Assembly (NCBI GenBank): GCA_963758295.1
Contig: CAVWUU010000004.1
Location: 992,001 to 1,056,000 of the forward strand
Source: Candidatus Eremiobacteria bacterium
GTDB taxonomy: Bacteria > Vulcanimicrobiota > Vulcanimicrobiia > Vulcanimicrobiales > Vulcanimicrobiaceae
Direction of reading: 5' to 3'
Length of the DNA: 64,000 bases
Made by a program: the position numbers and the translations under genes. The notes under the pieces are model-generated. The model was not told where the DNA came from, made no database searches, and worked only from the letters and a program-made list of their open reading frames with translations. How positions within the stretch are numbered: the stretch's first letter is position 1; each line of letters begins with the position of its first letter. Shown piece by piece: positions 10,262 through 20,519 of the stretch.

Positions 10262-11442
10262 ATGTAGCCGTTCTCACGCATTTCTATCCGCCGGAACCCT
10301 GCGCCGCCGCAACTCGCGTTGCGTCGTTAGTTGAAGCCCTCGCCAACCGCGGCCACCATGTGACCGTTGTGACGAATTTTGCGTCCTTTCCTGGCGGGCG
10401 GTTTTCACCCAAGGATCGGTGGAAATTGGGGCGGGTCAAAGACGGAGGGCGCGTAAAGACGGTCCGTTTGTTCTCGCTCGTCCTGTCGCGCATGCCCGGC
10501 AGGCGGCTCGTGCATTGGCTTTCATCAGCCGTTGCATCGACAATATACCTGTTGACGACGCGGGCGCGCTTCGACACGATTGTTGTGAGTTCGCCGCCGG
10601 TCACACTTGGCGTTCCGGCACTCATCGGCAGTTGGCGCCATCGCGCCCGCCTTGTCGTCGATATCCGCGACGTCTTTCCGGACATTGCGATTGCTATGGG
10701 TGCATGGTCGAAAAACGGCTTCCCGGCGCGCGCTACGGAATGGCTCGTACGCCGCTTGTATCGCCGGGCCAATCTCGTAGTCGCCGTAACACCTACCGCC
10801 ATAGAGCAAGTCGCATCTCGCGGCATCTCCCGTTCGAAGTTGCTCTTGGCGCGAAATGCTGCGCAAGAAACGCCGGAGGTCTTGGCGCACCGCAATGGCA
10901 ACGGGTTCACCGCAATCTATGCCGGCAATCTGGGAATTGCGACCGATGTCGATCTAATCGTCGACGCCGCTGCCATGCTGGCAGCAGACGGGATAACATT
11001 CGAAGTTGTAGGTGATGGCGCCCAGCGCGCTCATCTCGACGAACGGATCGTTGCAGAGCGCCTGAGAAACATCGTCGTTCGCGGCAGCATGCCGCGATTG
11101 GAAGCGCTTCAACACGTAGCCGGCGCAGACGTTTCGATCGTTCCCCTGCGAAAAGGCATCGAAGAAAGTGTCCCGACCAAACTTTATGATTCGCTCGCAC
11201 TCGGGTGCCCGGTCGTCGTTGCTGCGGGCGGAGAAGCGTCGTCCGAAGGAACGGAGCTTGGCGCGTTTTGTACGCCCGCAGGTGATGCAGGCGCATTAGC
11301 GACGACGCTTCGCCGATTGCGCGCGCTCGATCCGAAAGAGCTGCGCGACCTCGGGCTCGCGGGACGCGATCGCATTCGCAGCCGGACGGATCGCGCCGGC
11401 ATAATGGCCGAGATGGCAGCGCGTATAGAAAGCTTGGCGTGA
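10258..11442 (+). CDS. GT4 glycosyltransferase (WbuB-like)
   Basis: HFYPPE, SSPP, DIRDVFPD, YAGNLG, PTKLYDSLA. Confidence 0.88.
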   Translation: MNVAVLTHFYPPEPCAAATRVASLVEALANRGHHVTVVTNFASFPGGRFSPKDRWKLGRVKDGGRVKTVRLFSLVLSRMPGRRLVHWLSSAVASTIYLLTTRARFDTIVVSSPPVTLGVPALIGSWRHRARLVVDIRDVFPDIAIAMGAWSKNGFPARATEWLVRRLYRRANLVVAVTPTAIEQVASRGISRSKLLLARNAAQETPEVLAHRNGNGFTAIYAGNLGIATDVDLIVDAAAMLAADGITFEVVGDGAQRAHLDERIVAERLRNIVVRGSMPRLEALQHVAGADVSIVPLRKGIEESVPTKLYDSLALGCPVVVAAGGEASSEGTELGAFCTPAGDAGALATTLRRLRALDPKELRDLGLAGRDRIRSRTDRAGIMAEMAARIESLA

Positions 11443-12273
11443 CCGCTCACACAGTCCACGGCTTTTGGACATGGCAGCTCATCTTTGCAATGGCGCTGAA
11501 CTGCGTGGTGCAGGCGCTAGCTGTTGCGGCTTATGCGGCTCGATTAGCTGGCGCGCGTTCCGGCCGGGTTGCTACTGCTATTTCGCTTTTCAATATGTTT
11601 GCAACGAGCAGTCGATTCGCGCAAATGTTCTACACGCCGATGCTCGGGTCTTTATCAGACCGCGCCTCAGTTGGCAACAATAGATGTTTTCCAATGGCAG
11701 CTGCGTTCGATCGTTTTCGCCGGGACGTTCGGAGTTATAGTGGGAACACTCGCGATTCCGACGTTCGTCATGCTGTACCTTCGCGCGATACACTCGCTCG
11801 AGCGCCACGGAAGCGTCCCAAAAGCAGCGATCCGGATCTTCCGGCCGCTCACGGCCTTCGCCGTACTGAAAGACATAAAGTTCGGCGTAGCGAGTAAAAT
11901 CAGAGATTTATCGTTCCGGCATGTGCCCAAAGACGTGCTCGTGCTCAACACGTTAGTAACGTCGATCTACGGCATCGGCATCGTTGCCGCGGCGTATGCT
12001 AGCGTCTTATATCCTCAGGCTGCCCGAACTGCGGTATTGTCCAGCGGGCTCGTGAACGGCTTTGCCACGATTGCTTATAACATCGTCGTTGATCCGGCTT
12101 CCGCGCTGATCACCGACCGCACCGTGCGCGGCGAACGATCGGTGGACGACGTAAAGTCGCTCGTGACCGGCCTATCACTTACGGCGATTTTAGGATTTCT
12201 CTGTTCGCAGCTGCTGCTTATCCCGGGCGCGCTGCTTATCGAGTGGGCAGCGAGGCTGATCACAGCGCATTGA
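11439..12273 (+). CDS. Amj-family (DUF2837) lipid-linked glycan flippase; +1 frameshift near 11675
   Basis: AYAARLAGARSGRVATAISLFN..SR, SGLVNGFATI, VDP motifs of Amj split over two frames. Confidence 0.78.
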
Positions 12274-12282
12274 ATCGCTGAT

Positions 12283-12364
12283 ATAGGCCGAGAGGCCTAT
12301 GCGATGAGCCGTTCATCTCGAAGACGACCTTGAGACCTTCGCTTCTGGGAAGCACAACGGTCCT
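12283..12364. promoter_or_regulatory. 14-bp DosR-like boxes upstream of wzy/ligase gene
   Basis: Inverted repeat with perfect 7-bp arms ATAGGCC-GAGA-GGCCTAT (12283-12300); CGACC-TTGA-GACCT (12325-12338); AGCAC-AACG-GTCCT (12351-12364). Confidence 0.55.
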
Positions 12365-12385
12365 ACCTTATACTGAACAGAACGC

Positions 12386-13770
12386 ATGATAAACACAACG
12401 GTCCAACAGCTCGGCTTACGGGCGGCGCTTGTAGCGGCAACAGCAGCATTCTGCGTTCTCGCGGTCTTTCTGTTGATTTCGGGCACCTCGCTGGGCGCCG
12501 CCGGCATAGTTGCCATTGCCATTGCGCCATTCGGCCTGTATCTCGCATTGGTTCGCCCGGTCATGTTTCCTTTCGGCTTATACGTGCTACTGATTCCATT
12601 CGATAATTTGCTTGGTTTTGGGTCGTTCGGAACAATCACGAAGTTGCTTGGCGCAGTGGCGGGGGTTTTTTTACTTTTCTGGGGCGTTAGACGACACGCT
12701 CTTAACTTTGGTGGCCGCTCGGTCTTGCTGCTTTCCGTGCTGATGGTGTGGATGTTGATCAGTTCGCTTATGGGCGCTAGATCAACAAGACGCAATGCAG
12801 ATCGTGCCGACCTACGCCGGTCTAATATTGCTTTACGGCGTTGTCAGCGCAATCCCAATCAACGGCGCCCAATTTCGCATGCTGCTGTTCTTACTGTGGC
12901 AGGCGGCGTCATTGCGTCGGCTTATGGTGCGAATGTGTTTTATCACGACCCAACACTCACTCAAAACATGCGGCCGCAAGACTGGTACTTACATTCCGGC
13001 GCGTTTACATCGACCCCAACCAGTTTGCCGATTCGTTATTGTTTCCGGCGGCGATTTTCGCGATGTGGGCCTCCATTTATCGAGGATCTTGGTTAGGCTT
13101 CTGTGCGTGGCGGACCTTGGGCTCGTTACGTTAGCGATTCTTTGGAGCGGTTCACGTGAAGCGTTAATCGGACTGGCTTTCATCGGCCGCATACTTTATC
13201 TTCCGCGCTCTCGCAGGCTATATGCTTGCACTCAATAGTGCTATCGTGCTCGCGGTCGCGGGAACCGTGCAGACATCGATTTGGATGCGGTTTCAACCGC
13301 GATCGACACCGGCGGTTCGGGCCGAACATCAATCTGGGCCGTCGGAATCGAGGCGGCGAAGCATCGCCTTCTTCAAGGATACGGGATGGGAAATTTGCCG
13401 GATGCATATGATTTATTTTATCTCGGCGTACATCAAACTTATCCATTCGGGTTCAGCAGTCCGGCGCACAACCTGGTTCTGCACTATTTAGTGGAGCTCG
13501 GTTCCATCGGGCTCTTGCTTGATGGTCTATTTTTTTTATCGGAATTCCGTTCGCTCAGGCACATCAGGCCGGGCAGCCGAGTACTACGATTACCGAATCA
13601 TGCTCGAAGGCGCGTTCCTCGCATTGGCAGCGGTGTCGCTGACCATCGATCTCTTCACCTACAAATATGCGTGGCTCGTATTCTTCATGATTGCTTTTCT
13701 GCGAAACGTTGCGCCGGTCAACAAGAGCGCCGCGCAGTATCGCTATGGAAGCGAATACATGTTGAAATAA
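12386..13770 (+). CDS. O-antigen ligase/Wzy polymerase family membrane protein, broken by about seven frameshifts
   Basis: Fragments in successive frames give DPNQFA, SGSREA, GSGRTSIW, GYGMGN, AHNLVLHYLVELG. Confidence 0.8.
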
Positions 13771-14565
13771 TTAAACGTATTCTGCTGGCGAGTCAAGCGT
13801 TGAGAAATGCGGCACGCTCCAGTCCCACACGTAAAGCCCGATCCCGGTAATAACGTACTGCGATTGGCCGCCGGCTGGTTTCTGCAAGTTTGAGATTTTC
13901 GGAAGGACAAGACGGAATTCGGTCCGTTCCGGTTCAACGTGCACGAACCGTTGCCGTCGTAAGAGAGCGTGACTTTCAAATCCCACGTATCTGCTGTACC
14001 TTTGTGTATGGTCCGCTCCAAGCTAGATCATTGAGCTGCCCGTCATTGCTGCAGTGCAAGTAGTATTTATTGCCTGCGCCGCCGATGTTTTCTAAGCCGA
14101 AAGCGACCGGGGGCGGCGCTTCGATATTGTCATGAATCTGCAAAATTAAGCTCTGCGTCATGTTGGCATCGGGCGTCAGATCGCCCGCCGTTCGAAATCG
14201 GTACTCGACCGTGGATCCGTTTTGCGGTATAGTCGCTCGTGCTGTTTGAGCGCGGCACCCAGAATCGCCATACAACGAAACGGACTCGTCGCGTCTAAGT
14301 TTGGCACGCGCAATTGAAAACGTCGCGGCGAATTTGGCGAAAGTTTCATACAATTAGCCGCTTCGCCGCCTTCACCGGGGTTAGAAGGCTGGCCGATGTC
14401 CATCGAAGCGTACCGCCGTCTGGCGGCGCCGGGGTGATCCTGGGCGAGCACCGCCTGAGCTTGTGAAGTGAAGAAGCGCTACGTTTTGGGTGGATTGCTT
14501 CGACGTGCCACCCGCGCTGCAAGAACAAAGAAACACTAGGAACATTGCGGCGATAACTCTGATTC
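13771..14565 (-). CDS. Putative lipoprotein with polysaccharide-lyase-like (QIH motif) jelly-roll domain; multiple frameshifts, ends approximate
   Basis: Reassembled fragments: IAAMFLVFLCSC (lipobox-like), SLILQIHDN, WSGPYTKGTADTWDLKVTLSYDGNGSCTLNRNG, GIGLYVWDW. Confidence 0.55.
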
Positions 14566-14712
14566 AAAGCGTCCTCCGGACATAATTTGCCTTTAGTAAA
14601 ACTTGATGACCAAGCTTCCCAATAGGTACAAAGTTCGATTTTGACCGTACTCGGGCGAGAAAATTGAGCCGTCCGGCTCATCGTCCTCAAACTGTGGGCA
14701 CCCACAATAAGG

Positions 14713-15481
14713 GTGTGCTTTACGCTGGTTTTTGACCCTTGTGCTCCTCGCACTTGCTCCAGTTCGCGGGTACCCCGCCATGCAACCATGTGGCAAACCG
14801 GCGACCCAAGTCTCGGCAAATGGGTGAAGGCCGATAACGATGACTATCAATGCGGCATGCCGCGAGTTCGCGGTACGCAGATGCTGTTCACGCTGATCGA
14901 AGACACCGAGCGGATATTCATGCGGCAGGAACGAAGCAAACCTTTTAATTCGAGCGGCGAGCTGCTCCGTCTTGAACAGGGACGCACATATACGTTTTCG
15001 TTCCACTACGTAGACGGCACGCCTGGCGGCTCGGCGCCGGGAATGGGCGGCGACGCTGACGCTCGCAGTCTCATATGGCAAATTCACGGCTATCCCGAAT
15101 TTGGCACACCTTGTACGACGTTAAATTTCTTCAACGGCGGAAAAATCGGAGGGCCTCAGCAGTGGGCGCTCGGCACGTGCAACGCACGCGGAGAAAGCTT
15201 GATGGGCAAAGTTCAGCCGGTGTGGACCGGAACCTATACGCCCGGGCGAAACCGACGACTGGAAGATCATCGTAGTTGCCTCCAATGAAGCAACCGGCTC
15301 AGTAACCTTATACCGGAATAACGTGCTTCAAGGCAGCTGGCGAAACATCGTGACATACCACGGCATCAACCGACCGTGGGTTGGGATAGGCGCATATAAA
15401 TGGATCTGGGAGCACCGCAATCTGTCGAGTATGACGCAGGTAAACCTCACCATTGAAAATTTTCTCGTTACCACACCATAA
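14713..15481 (+). CDS. Secreted polysaccharide-lyase-like protein (heparin lyase I/PF14099-like); +1 frameshift near 15245
   Basis: ARSLIWQIHG, WTGTYTPGETDDWK, GSVTLYRN, GIGAYKWIWE; clear paralogue of C-terminal domain of 15556-17179. Confidence 0.65.
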
Positions 15482-15498
15482 CGATACGGTCGCACATG

Positions 15499-15537
15499 AA
15501 ACGAAGACCGCCGGCACAAACCAGCGGTCTTCGTTTT
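15499..15537. terminator. Bidirectional intrinsic terminator between convergent lyase-like genes
   Basis: AAACGAAGACCGC...GCGGTCTTCGTTT 13-bp stem. Confidence 0.75.
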
Positions 15538-15555
15538 GCGATAGTCAGACGATTA

Positions 15556-17179
15556 CTACTGCGTAAGCGTCATGTTGTTGATGGTCGCATTGATTTTCGT
15601 CATAGTCGATCCGCCACCGCCGGACAATTCCCAGCGCCACTTGTACGGTCCAAAGTTCCACCACGGATTGCCGGAGCTGTTGTGGTAGTTCGCGCCGCTC
15701 ACGGAAGCAACGAGCGAGCCGTTGCGGTAGAGCTGCGTAAGGCCGGTTGACCCTTCCGAGATGCGAGCCACGATCTTGAACGAATCCGTTTCACCCGGGG
15801 TGTACGTTCCCGTCCACACGATGCCGGCAGCACGTCATGAGTGCCCACATCTGGGGACCGCCCGTATCCTTCGTTCCGTTGACAAAGTTCAGGCTCGTGC
15901 AAGGCGTATCCGGCTCGTTGTAGCCGTGAATCTGCCAAATTAGCGAACGTGCGTCGTTATCTGAGCCCATGCCGGGGCCGCCGCCGCTCGGGGTACCATC
16001 AACGTAATTGAACGACCACGTGTACGTTCCGCCATCCGCCAGGCGGACCGTCGAACCGGAGCTCGTCAGCGGATTGGCTTGATTGCGTCCGCAAGACGTG
16101 CCGCTCAGTGAGAGCCCGAACGTGAACGTCGTGCCGCTGTTGACCGGATTTCCACACTGGTATGTATTCGCCGTCGTCCACTTGCCGAGAGTTGCATCGC
16201 CGGCTTTCCAGATCGTGGTTCCGCTTACAGGAGCGGCGGTCGGAGTCGCAACAGGCTTCGCGGTCGGCGCGGCGGTCGGGTTTGCCGTCGGAGCCGAGGT
16301 CGGCTTCGCTCCGGCAGTCGGCGCCGACGTTGGCGAAACGGTGCCGGCTGACGTTGACGCGCTGTAATGAGCGCTGACTTGCGACGCACTCAAGGCCTTG
16401 TTGTATACAGCAACGTTTCCGATGGTTCCACTGAATGCGGGGTTCGACGACGACGCATCGTCGCCGATTGACAGACCGTAACCGCTGACGTAGGTCAGGC
16501 TTCCGGTGGCAGCGCTCGATGCAACGAGCTTGCCGTTGAGGTACAGGCTTGCCGTCGTGCCGCTATACGTTGCGACAGCGTCATATGCGGTGTTCGCCTG
16601 AAGCGTCGGCGAGGTCAGTTCCGTTAATCCGCTCGAACGCGTGAACTGCGCAATGATCTGGCCGTTCTTGAAGAACAGCTCGTACGTCGCGTTACCGCTA
16701 CGCTGCCCATACGCAGCCAGTACGGTGTAGTTCGCCGGCTCGGCGGCAAAACGGAAGAGTGATTCGATCGAAACGGCAGATGCGGGCTGCAGCATCGACG
16801 TTGCAGCAACGCGGATTGCACCGGCCGCTGACCGCGTGCCAGGGAACGCCATCGCGTTGGTAGACGGGACGATACCCGACGCGTCGAGTTGAACCGACGA
16901 TCCGACCGTGCCGTCGAGGCCGTTGCCGGTCGCATCAACTGCAGTGCGCGTCGAATCGGAAAGGGGATAGTAAGCAACCGGTGTGTCGCTCGAAACAATA
17001 GAACTATAAGACGATTGGGCGGACGTCGATTCCAGAACCGTCTGGCCCGTGGAGCCGGAAGCGGGGAGCGCAGGCAACGTGCCTGATGATGCGGTTGTGC
17101 CTCCACCTGCACTTCCGCCGCACGCGGCCAAACTCAAGCTCAAAGCAATAGGAAACAGACGCTGTAAGGGTTTCAGCAT
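15556..17179 (-). CDS. Lipoprotein: LamG domain + Pro/Thr/Ala linker + polysaccharide-lyase-like domain; +1 frameshift near 15829
   Basis: LAAC lipobox; PVAYYPLSD...LYLNG...VAVYNKALS (LamG); ARSLIWQIHG and NFGPYKWRWE. Confidence 0.75.
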
Positions 17180-17351
17180 TAGACCTCAGATTTAGGCGTA
17201 GTAAGCTGCGCGCAGAAACGCCGGCCTTGGCCTTGGCGCAAAACGGACAGCCCTAGTTAGCTCGCTTCCTTGCTTCTCCGCGTCTGTCTGTGTGGGGGAG
17301 TGGGTCGATAAACGCAGGTCCGAGATGGGCGCACGACGGCACCCGATATAG

Positions 17352-17395
17352 AAGTGGTCGGACCTTGCTGAGGGGGACTTTAGTGTTTACGGCCC
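17352..17395. promoter_or_regulatory. DosR-like box/half-sites upstream of LamG-lyase gene
   Basis: GGGAC-TTTA-GTGTT (17374-17387) with flanking GACCT and GGCCC half sites. Confidence 0.45.
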
Positions 17396-17423
17396 TTGAA
17401 GAATTACAGCTCGGTTAGAGCGC

Positions 17424-18920
17424 CTAATGCTGCTCTACCGGCCGGATTAAGCGTACGCGAGATCCGAAGAAAGCCCTGTCACTTTCGACTTTATAATTAG
17501 AAGCAACGTAGCGCTCGACTGCTCCGCAGCCGAAGCTGATATTAGCTGCCACGCACTCTCCCGCGGTGATGAGCCAAAGGTGTTTGGCCTTCGGAAAAAC
17601 AGCCTGCAGTTGTGCATTACTTTTGACGACGAATCGCGTTACGTCATATCGCGAGAAGTCGACGCCTTCCGGTACGGCGATCACGCGATTGGGCCCGTGA
17701 TAGTAATAGGCGAACGGCAGTGCATTTTCGGCTTGAAAGATTAAAATCGGCTCGCCCGGCGCTTCTCGCGCGCTCAAGTACGAAGTGGAACGGATCCAGT
17801 CACCCGGCTTCGCTAGCGCGTAGTAGGTCTGAATAAGACTGGCTACCGAGACGATCATGGCAAGCGCAAACCAGATCGAAGCAGCTCGCCGATCCAGCGG
17901 GCTACGGAGAAACGTAAATGCGGCAAAGACGGCCAGCATGACTGGAACGAATAGCGAAGCAGCATGGCGGTTGAGGATATGAACGCCGCCGGCGTACGCG
18001 CCTGCCGCGAAGATCAGCACAGCAACCATCAACATCACGACCACCGGCGCACTACCCGATGCATGGAAGAAACGGCGCCCAGCGATGCCGGCGCCCACTG
18101 CCATAACGCTCAGAACGATGTAGAGCACCGTCGCGTGCGGGACGCCTAACGGCAGCACGTATCGCCACAAAATGCTCGCCAGAATCGCGGCCGAATGGAA
18201 AACCGACGGCGGCGGGGCAAAGGCGCCGCGAAAATTTGCCACTTGCGACGGGACGATGATGAGCATCGGCACAAAAAGAATCGCCGCGGCAAATGCCGAT
18301 GCGAAGAATGGGCGCCACGCCGATCGCCGGTAGAGCAGCATCGCTGCTCCTTGCGCCGCTACTAGGAATGCCAAATAGTATTGGGTGTACAGTGCAACGG
18401 CTATGCACAGCGCGTATAACACGGCTGCGCGCGTAGAACGCCGATCCGCGAGAAAACCGTCGAAAAATAGCAGCATGAGCAATGCCGAGAGCAAGATCAC
18501 GAGCGCGTAAACACGCAGCTCGACAGCCGCCCAAATCAGGAATGGATTCCATGCGACGGCGAGAGTAACGAAGCCGAGGTTCCCTTTGGGAATATAGCGC
18601 TTGACAAGAGCCGGAATGAGCGCAACCGTTGCGGCTCCGCATAGAATCGATGAGAGCCGCAGAAAGAACAGATTCTCGCTTAGATGGCGCCAGAAGACCA
18701 TTAACACGAAGTAGAGCGGCGCGTTCTGTTCGAAGGCCAATGCTTCGTGAAACGCATAGCCCACGCCGTGAGCCGTAGACTGTAGCGTGTACGCCTCGTC
18801 TTGCCAAAGATTGAGAACCGCAGCGAGCGGCAGTGTAAGAAGCAAGTTCAGCGATACGGCAATAACCGCGACCGAAGGGCGGCGCACGCCTTCAAGAGCC
18901 AGTCTATCTACTGCAGCCAT
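17424..18920 (-). CDS. GT-C membrane glycosyltransferase (GT39/PMT_2, ArnT-like)
   Basis: LWQDEAYT, APLYF, ELRVYAL, ALYTQY; many TM helices. Confidence 0.8.
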   Translation of the reverse strand: MAAVDRLALEGVRRPSVAVIAVSLNLLLTLPLAAVLNLWQDEAYTLQSTAHGVGYAFHEALAFEQNAPLYFVLMVFWRHLSENLFFLRLSSILCGAATVALIPALVKRYIPKGNLGFVTLAVAWNPFLIWAAVELRVYALVILLSALLMLLFFDGFLADRRSTRAAVLYALCIAVALYTQYYLAFLVAAQGAAMLLYRRSAWRPFFASAFAAAILFVPMLIIVPSQVANFRGAFAPPPSVFHSAAILASILWRYVLPLGVPHATVLYIVLSVMAVGAGIAGRRFFHASGSAPVVVMLMVAVLIFAAGAYAGGVHILNRHAASLFVPVMLAVFAAFTFLRSPLDRRAASIWFALAMIVSVASLIQTYYALAKPGDWIRSTSYLSAREAPGEPILIFQAENALPFAYYYHGPNRVIAVPEGVDFSRYDVTRFVVKSNAQLQAVFPKAKHLWLITAGECVAANISFGCGAVERYVASNYKVESDRAFFGSRVRLIRPVEQH

Positions 18921-18978
18921 TTAAGCAATTGTACGACGGCATTCCCAGGTCGAGAGCGTGCAAATGGACTGGATGCGT

Positions 18979-19018
18979 ACCCTGGAAGTCCCGGGCGGTT
19001 TTCTAGGCCCTAAGTCCG
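18979..19018. promoter_or_regulatory. DosR-like boxes between divergent GT-C genes
   Basis: AGGCC-CTAA-GTCCG (19005-19018), half site GGAA-GTCCC (18984-18992). Confidence 0.55.
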
Positions 19019-19073
19019 CAAAGGCGGTCTTCCGTCTCTCGTGTCGCAATCATTGCTACCGTACAGTTGCTGT

Positions 19074-20519
19074 ATGCGCAAGCGTTCTTTGCCCATCGCC
19101 TTTCTTGGCGTGTCTTTCGCGCTTGTCTTAGTTGCGGTTTTCTTAGCGCTTCGCGGCGTTCCGGAACACCAAAGCTTTAAAGCCTTTTATTGCGCCGGGT
19201 CGACGATCTCAGAACGCCAGGATCCCTACCTCGTCGAGCCGCTCCGGACGTGCGAGCGCCGTGTGTCGAACAACGCGATGACGGCCAATTTGGTGGAACC
19301 CGCTCCGCTGCCGGGCTATGCAGTGCTGCCGTTTGTGGTTCTCGCAAAGCTGCCGCCCGTATCCGCGGCCATCGTTTTTTCCGCTGGATTGGCGGTTGCA
19401 GTAAGTCTCTGCGCGCTCATGCTCGGATCGATGCTGAGGCGATCCGCCGCAGCAATTCTTCTGGTTCTCTGCCCTTTAGCGATCCTAAATGCCGCTTACG
19501 GCGAAATCGCACCTTATGCGCTCCTAGCGCTATGTGCCGCGGCCTACTTCTTGATGAAAGAGCGCTGGGTTGCGGCAGCCATCGCGGTATGCTGCGCACT
19601 GCTTCAACCGAACGTCGCGTTGCCGTCCGTTCTCGCGGTCTTCGTTTTTGCGCCACGCACGCGCGTGCCTATCGCTATTTGCTGCGCCGTTCTCGCCGCA
19701 GTGAGCGTCGGTACGCTCGGATTTGCGCGCAACATCGAGTACGTTACGGCAGTCTTGCCGCTTCAGGCCTATTCTGAGCTGGTTGCGAACGACCAATACA
19801 GCTTGAGCCGGATTTTGTTCGTAGCCGGCGTTTCTTCGGAAGGCGCGATGCTGATCTCAAGGATCGCATACGCAGCGGCTGCTCTTATCAGCGTGGCGCT
19901 TTCCGGCATGCTTGCCGCTCGGTGGAAAAGCGCATCTCTCTTGGCGCTTCTCCCGGCGGCCCTTATCTTGACCGGCGGTATTTACGTTCACGATATTCAA
20001 CTGCTCTTCGCCGTCCCGGCAGCGCTCTTGATTTGGTCGCGCGTGCGGGGGACGTCGTACGCGCCGCTCGCAATTGCATCGTTGCTGATGCTGGTCAACG
20101 TTTGGTCTCAGCGCGCCGGGCGCGCCTCGTTGGCCGTTGACGCCGTCGCAGCAGCCGCGGTCATCGCAATCGTGGTTCGCGGGCCGATCGTACGCCGCTT
20201 CGCGCTGATGACGACAGCGGCTATAGCGATGATCGGATGCATGGTGCTTCTCCAAAAGATAGAGCCGCCTGCAGCGGGCGAGATCGCGTCGGCGGCATTT
20301 TCTGCGCCGGCCACTGAACTCGCGCCCATTGCTTGGGCGGCCTACTTACGCGCTACGCCGGAGCTGATGCGTGTTGAGTTCGCACTCAAGACTCCAACGT
20401 ATATTGCTCTATTATTTCTTTACGTTGTGGCGATCGGAGCTTCCGTTCGCGACAAAACGAATTTGCTTACGCTAGACCGTGACGAATCGCGTGCACCGCC
20501 GCTTGCGACCGGGTCGTGA
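19074..20519 (+). CDS. GT-C membrane glycosyltransferase (GT87/DUF2029-like)
   Basis: FKAFYCAG..DPY, PLPGY, LQPN, QYSL, HD motifs; multi-TM. Confidence 0.65.
   Translation: MRKRSLPIAFLGVSFALVLVAVFLALRGVPEHQSFKAFYCAGSTISERQDPYLVEPLRTCERRVSNNAMTANLVEPAPLPGYAVLPFVVLAKLPPVSAAIVFSAGLAVAVSLCALMLGSMLRRSAAAILLVLCPLAILNAAYGEIAPYALLALCAAAYFLMKERWVAAAIAVCCALLQPNVALPSVLAVFVFAPRTRVPIAICCAVLAAVSVGTLGFARNIEYVTAVLPLQAYSELVANDQYSLSRILFVAGVSSEGAMLISRIAYAAAALISVALSGMLAARWKSASLLALLPAALILTGGIYVHDIQLLFAVPAALLIWSRVRGTSYAPLAIASLLMLVNVWSQRAGRASLAVDAVAAAAVIAIVVRGPIVRRFALMTTAAIAMIGCMVLLQKIEPPAAGEIASAAFSAPATELAPIAWAAYLRATPELMRVEFALKTPTYIALLFLYVVAIGASVRDKTNLLTLDRDESRAPPLATGS

Noticed and set aside
14566..14712. DosR-like box in the divergent gap between lyase-like genes
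   Set aside because: Only weak half-matches (e.g. AGGTACAAAGTTCG) in an indel-rich region; not counted.
17180..17350. Riboswitch (e.g. c-di-GMP) in long leader of LamG-lyase gene
   Set aside because: No recognisable conserved aptamer motif on either strand.
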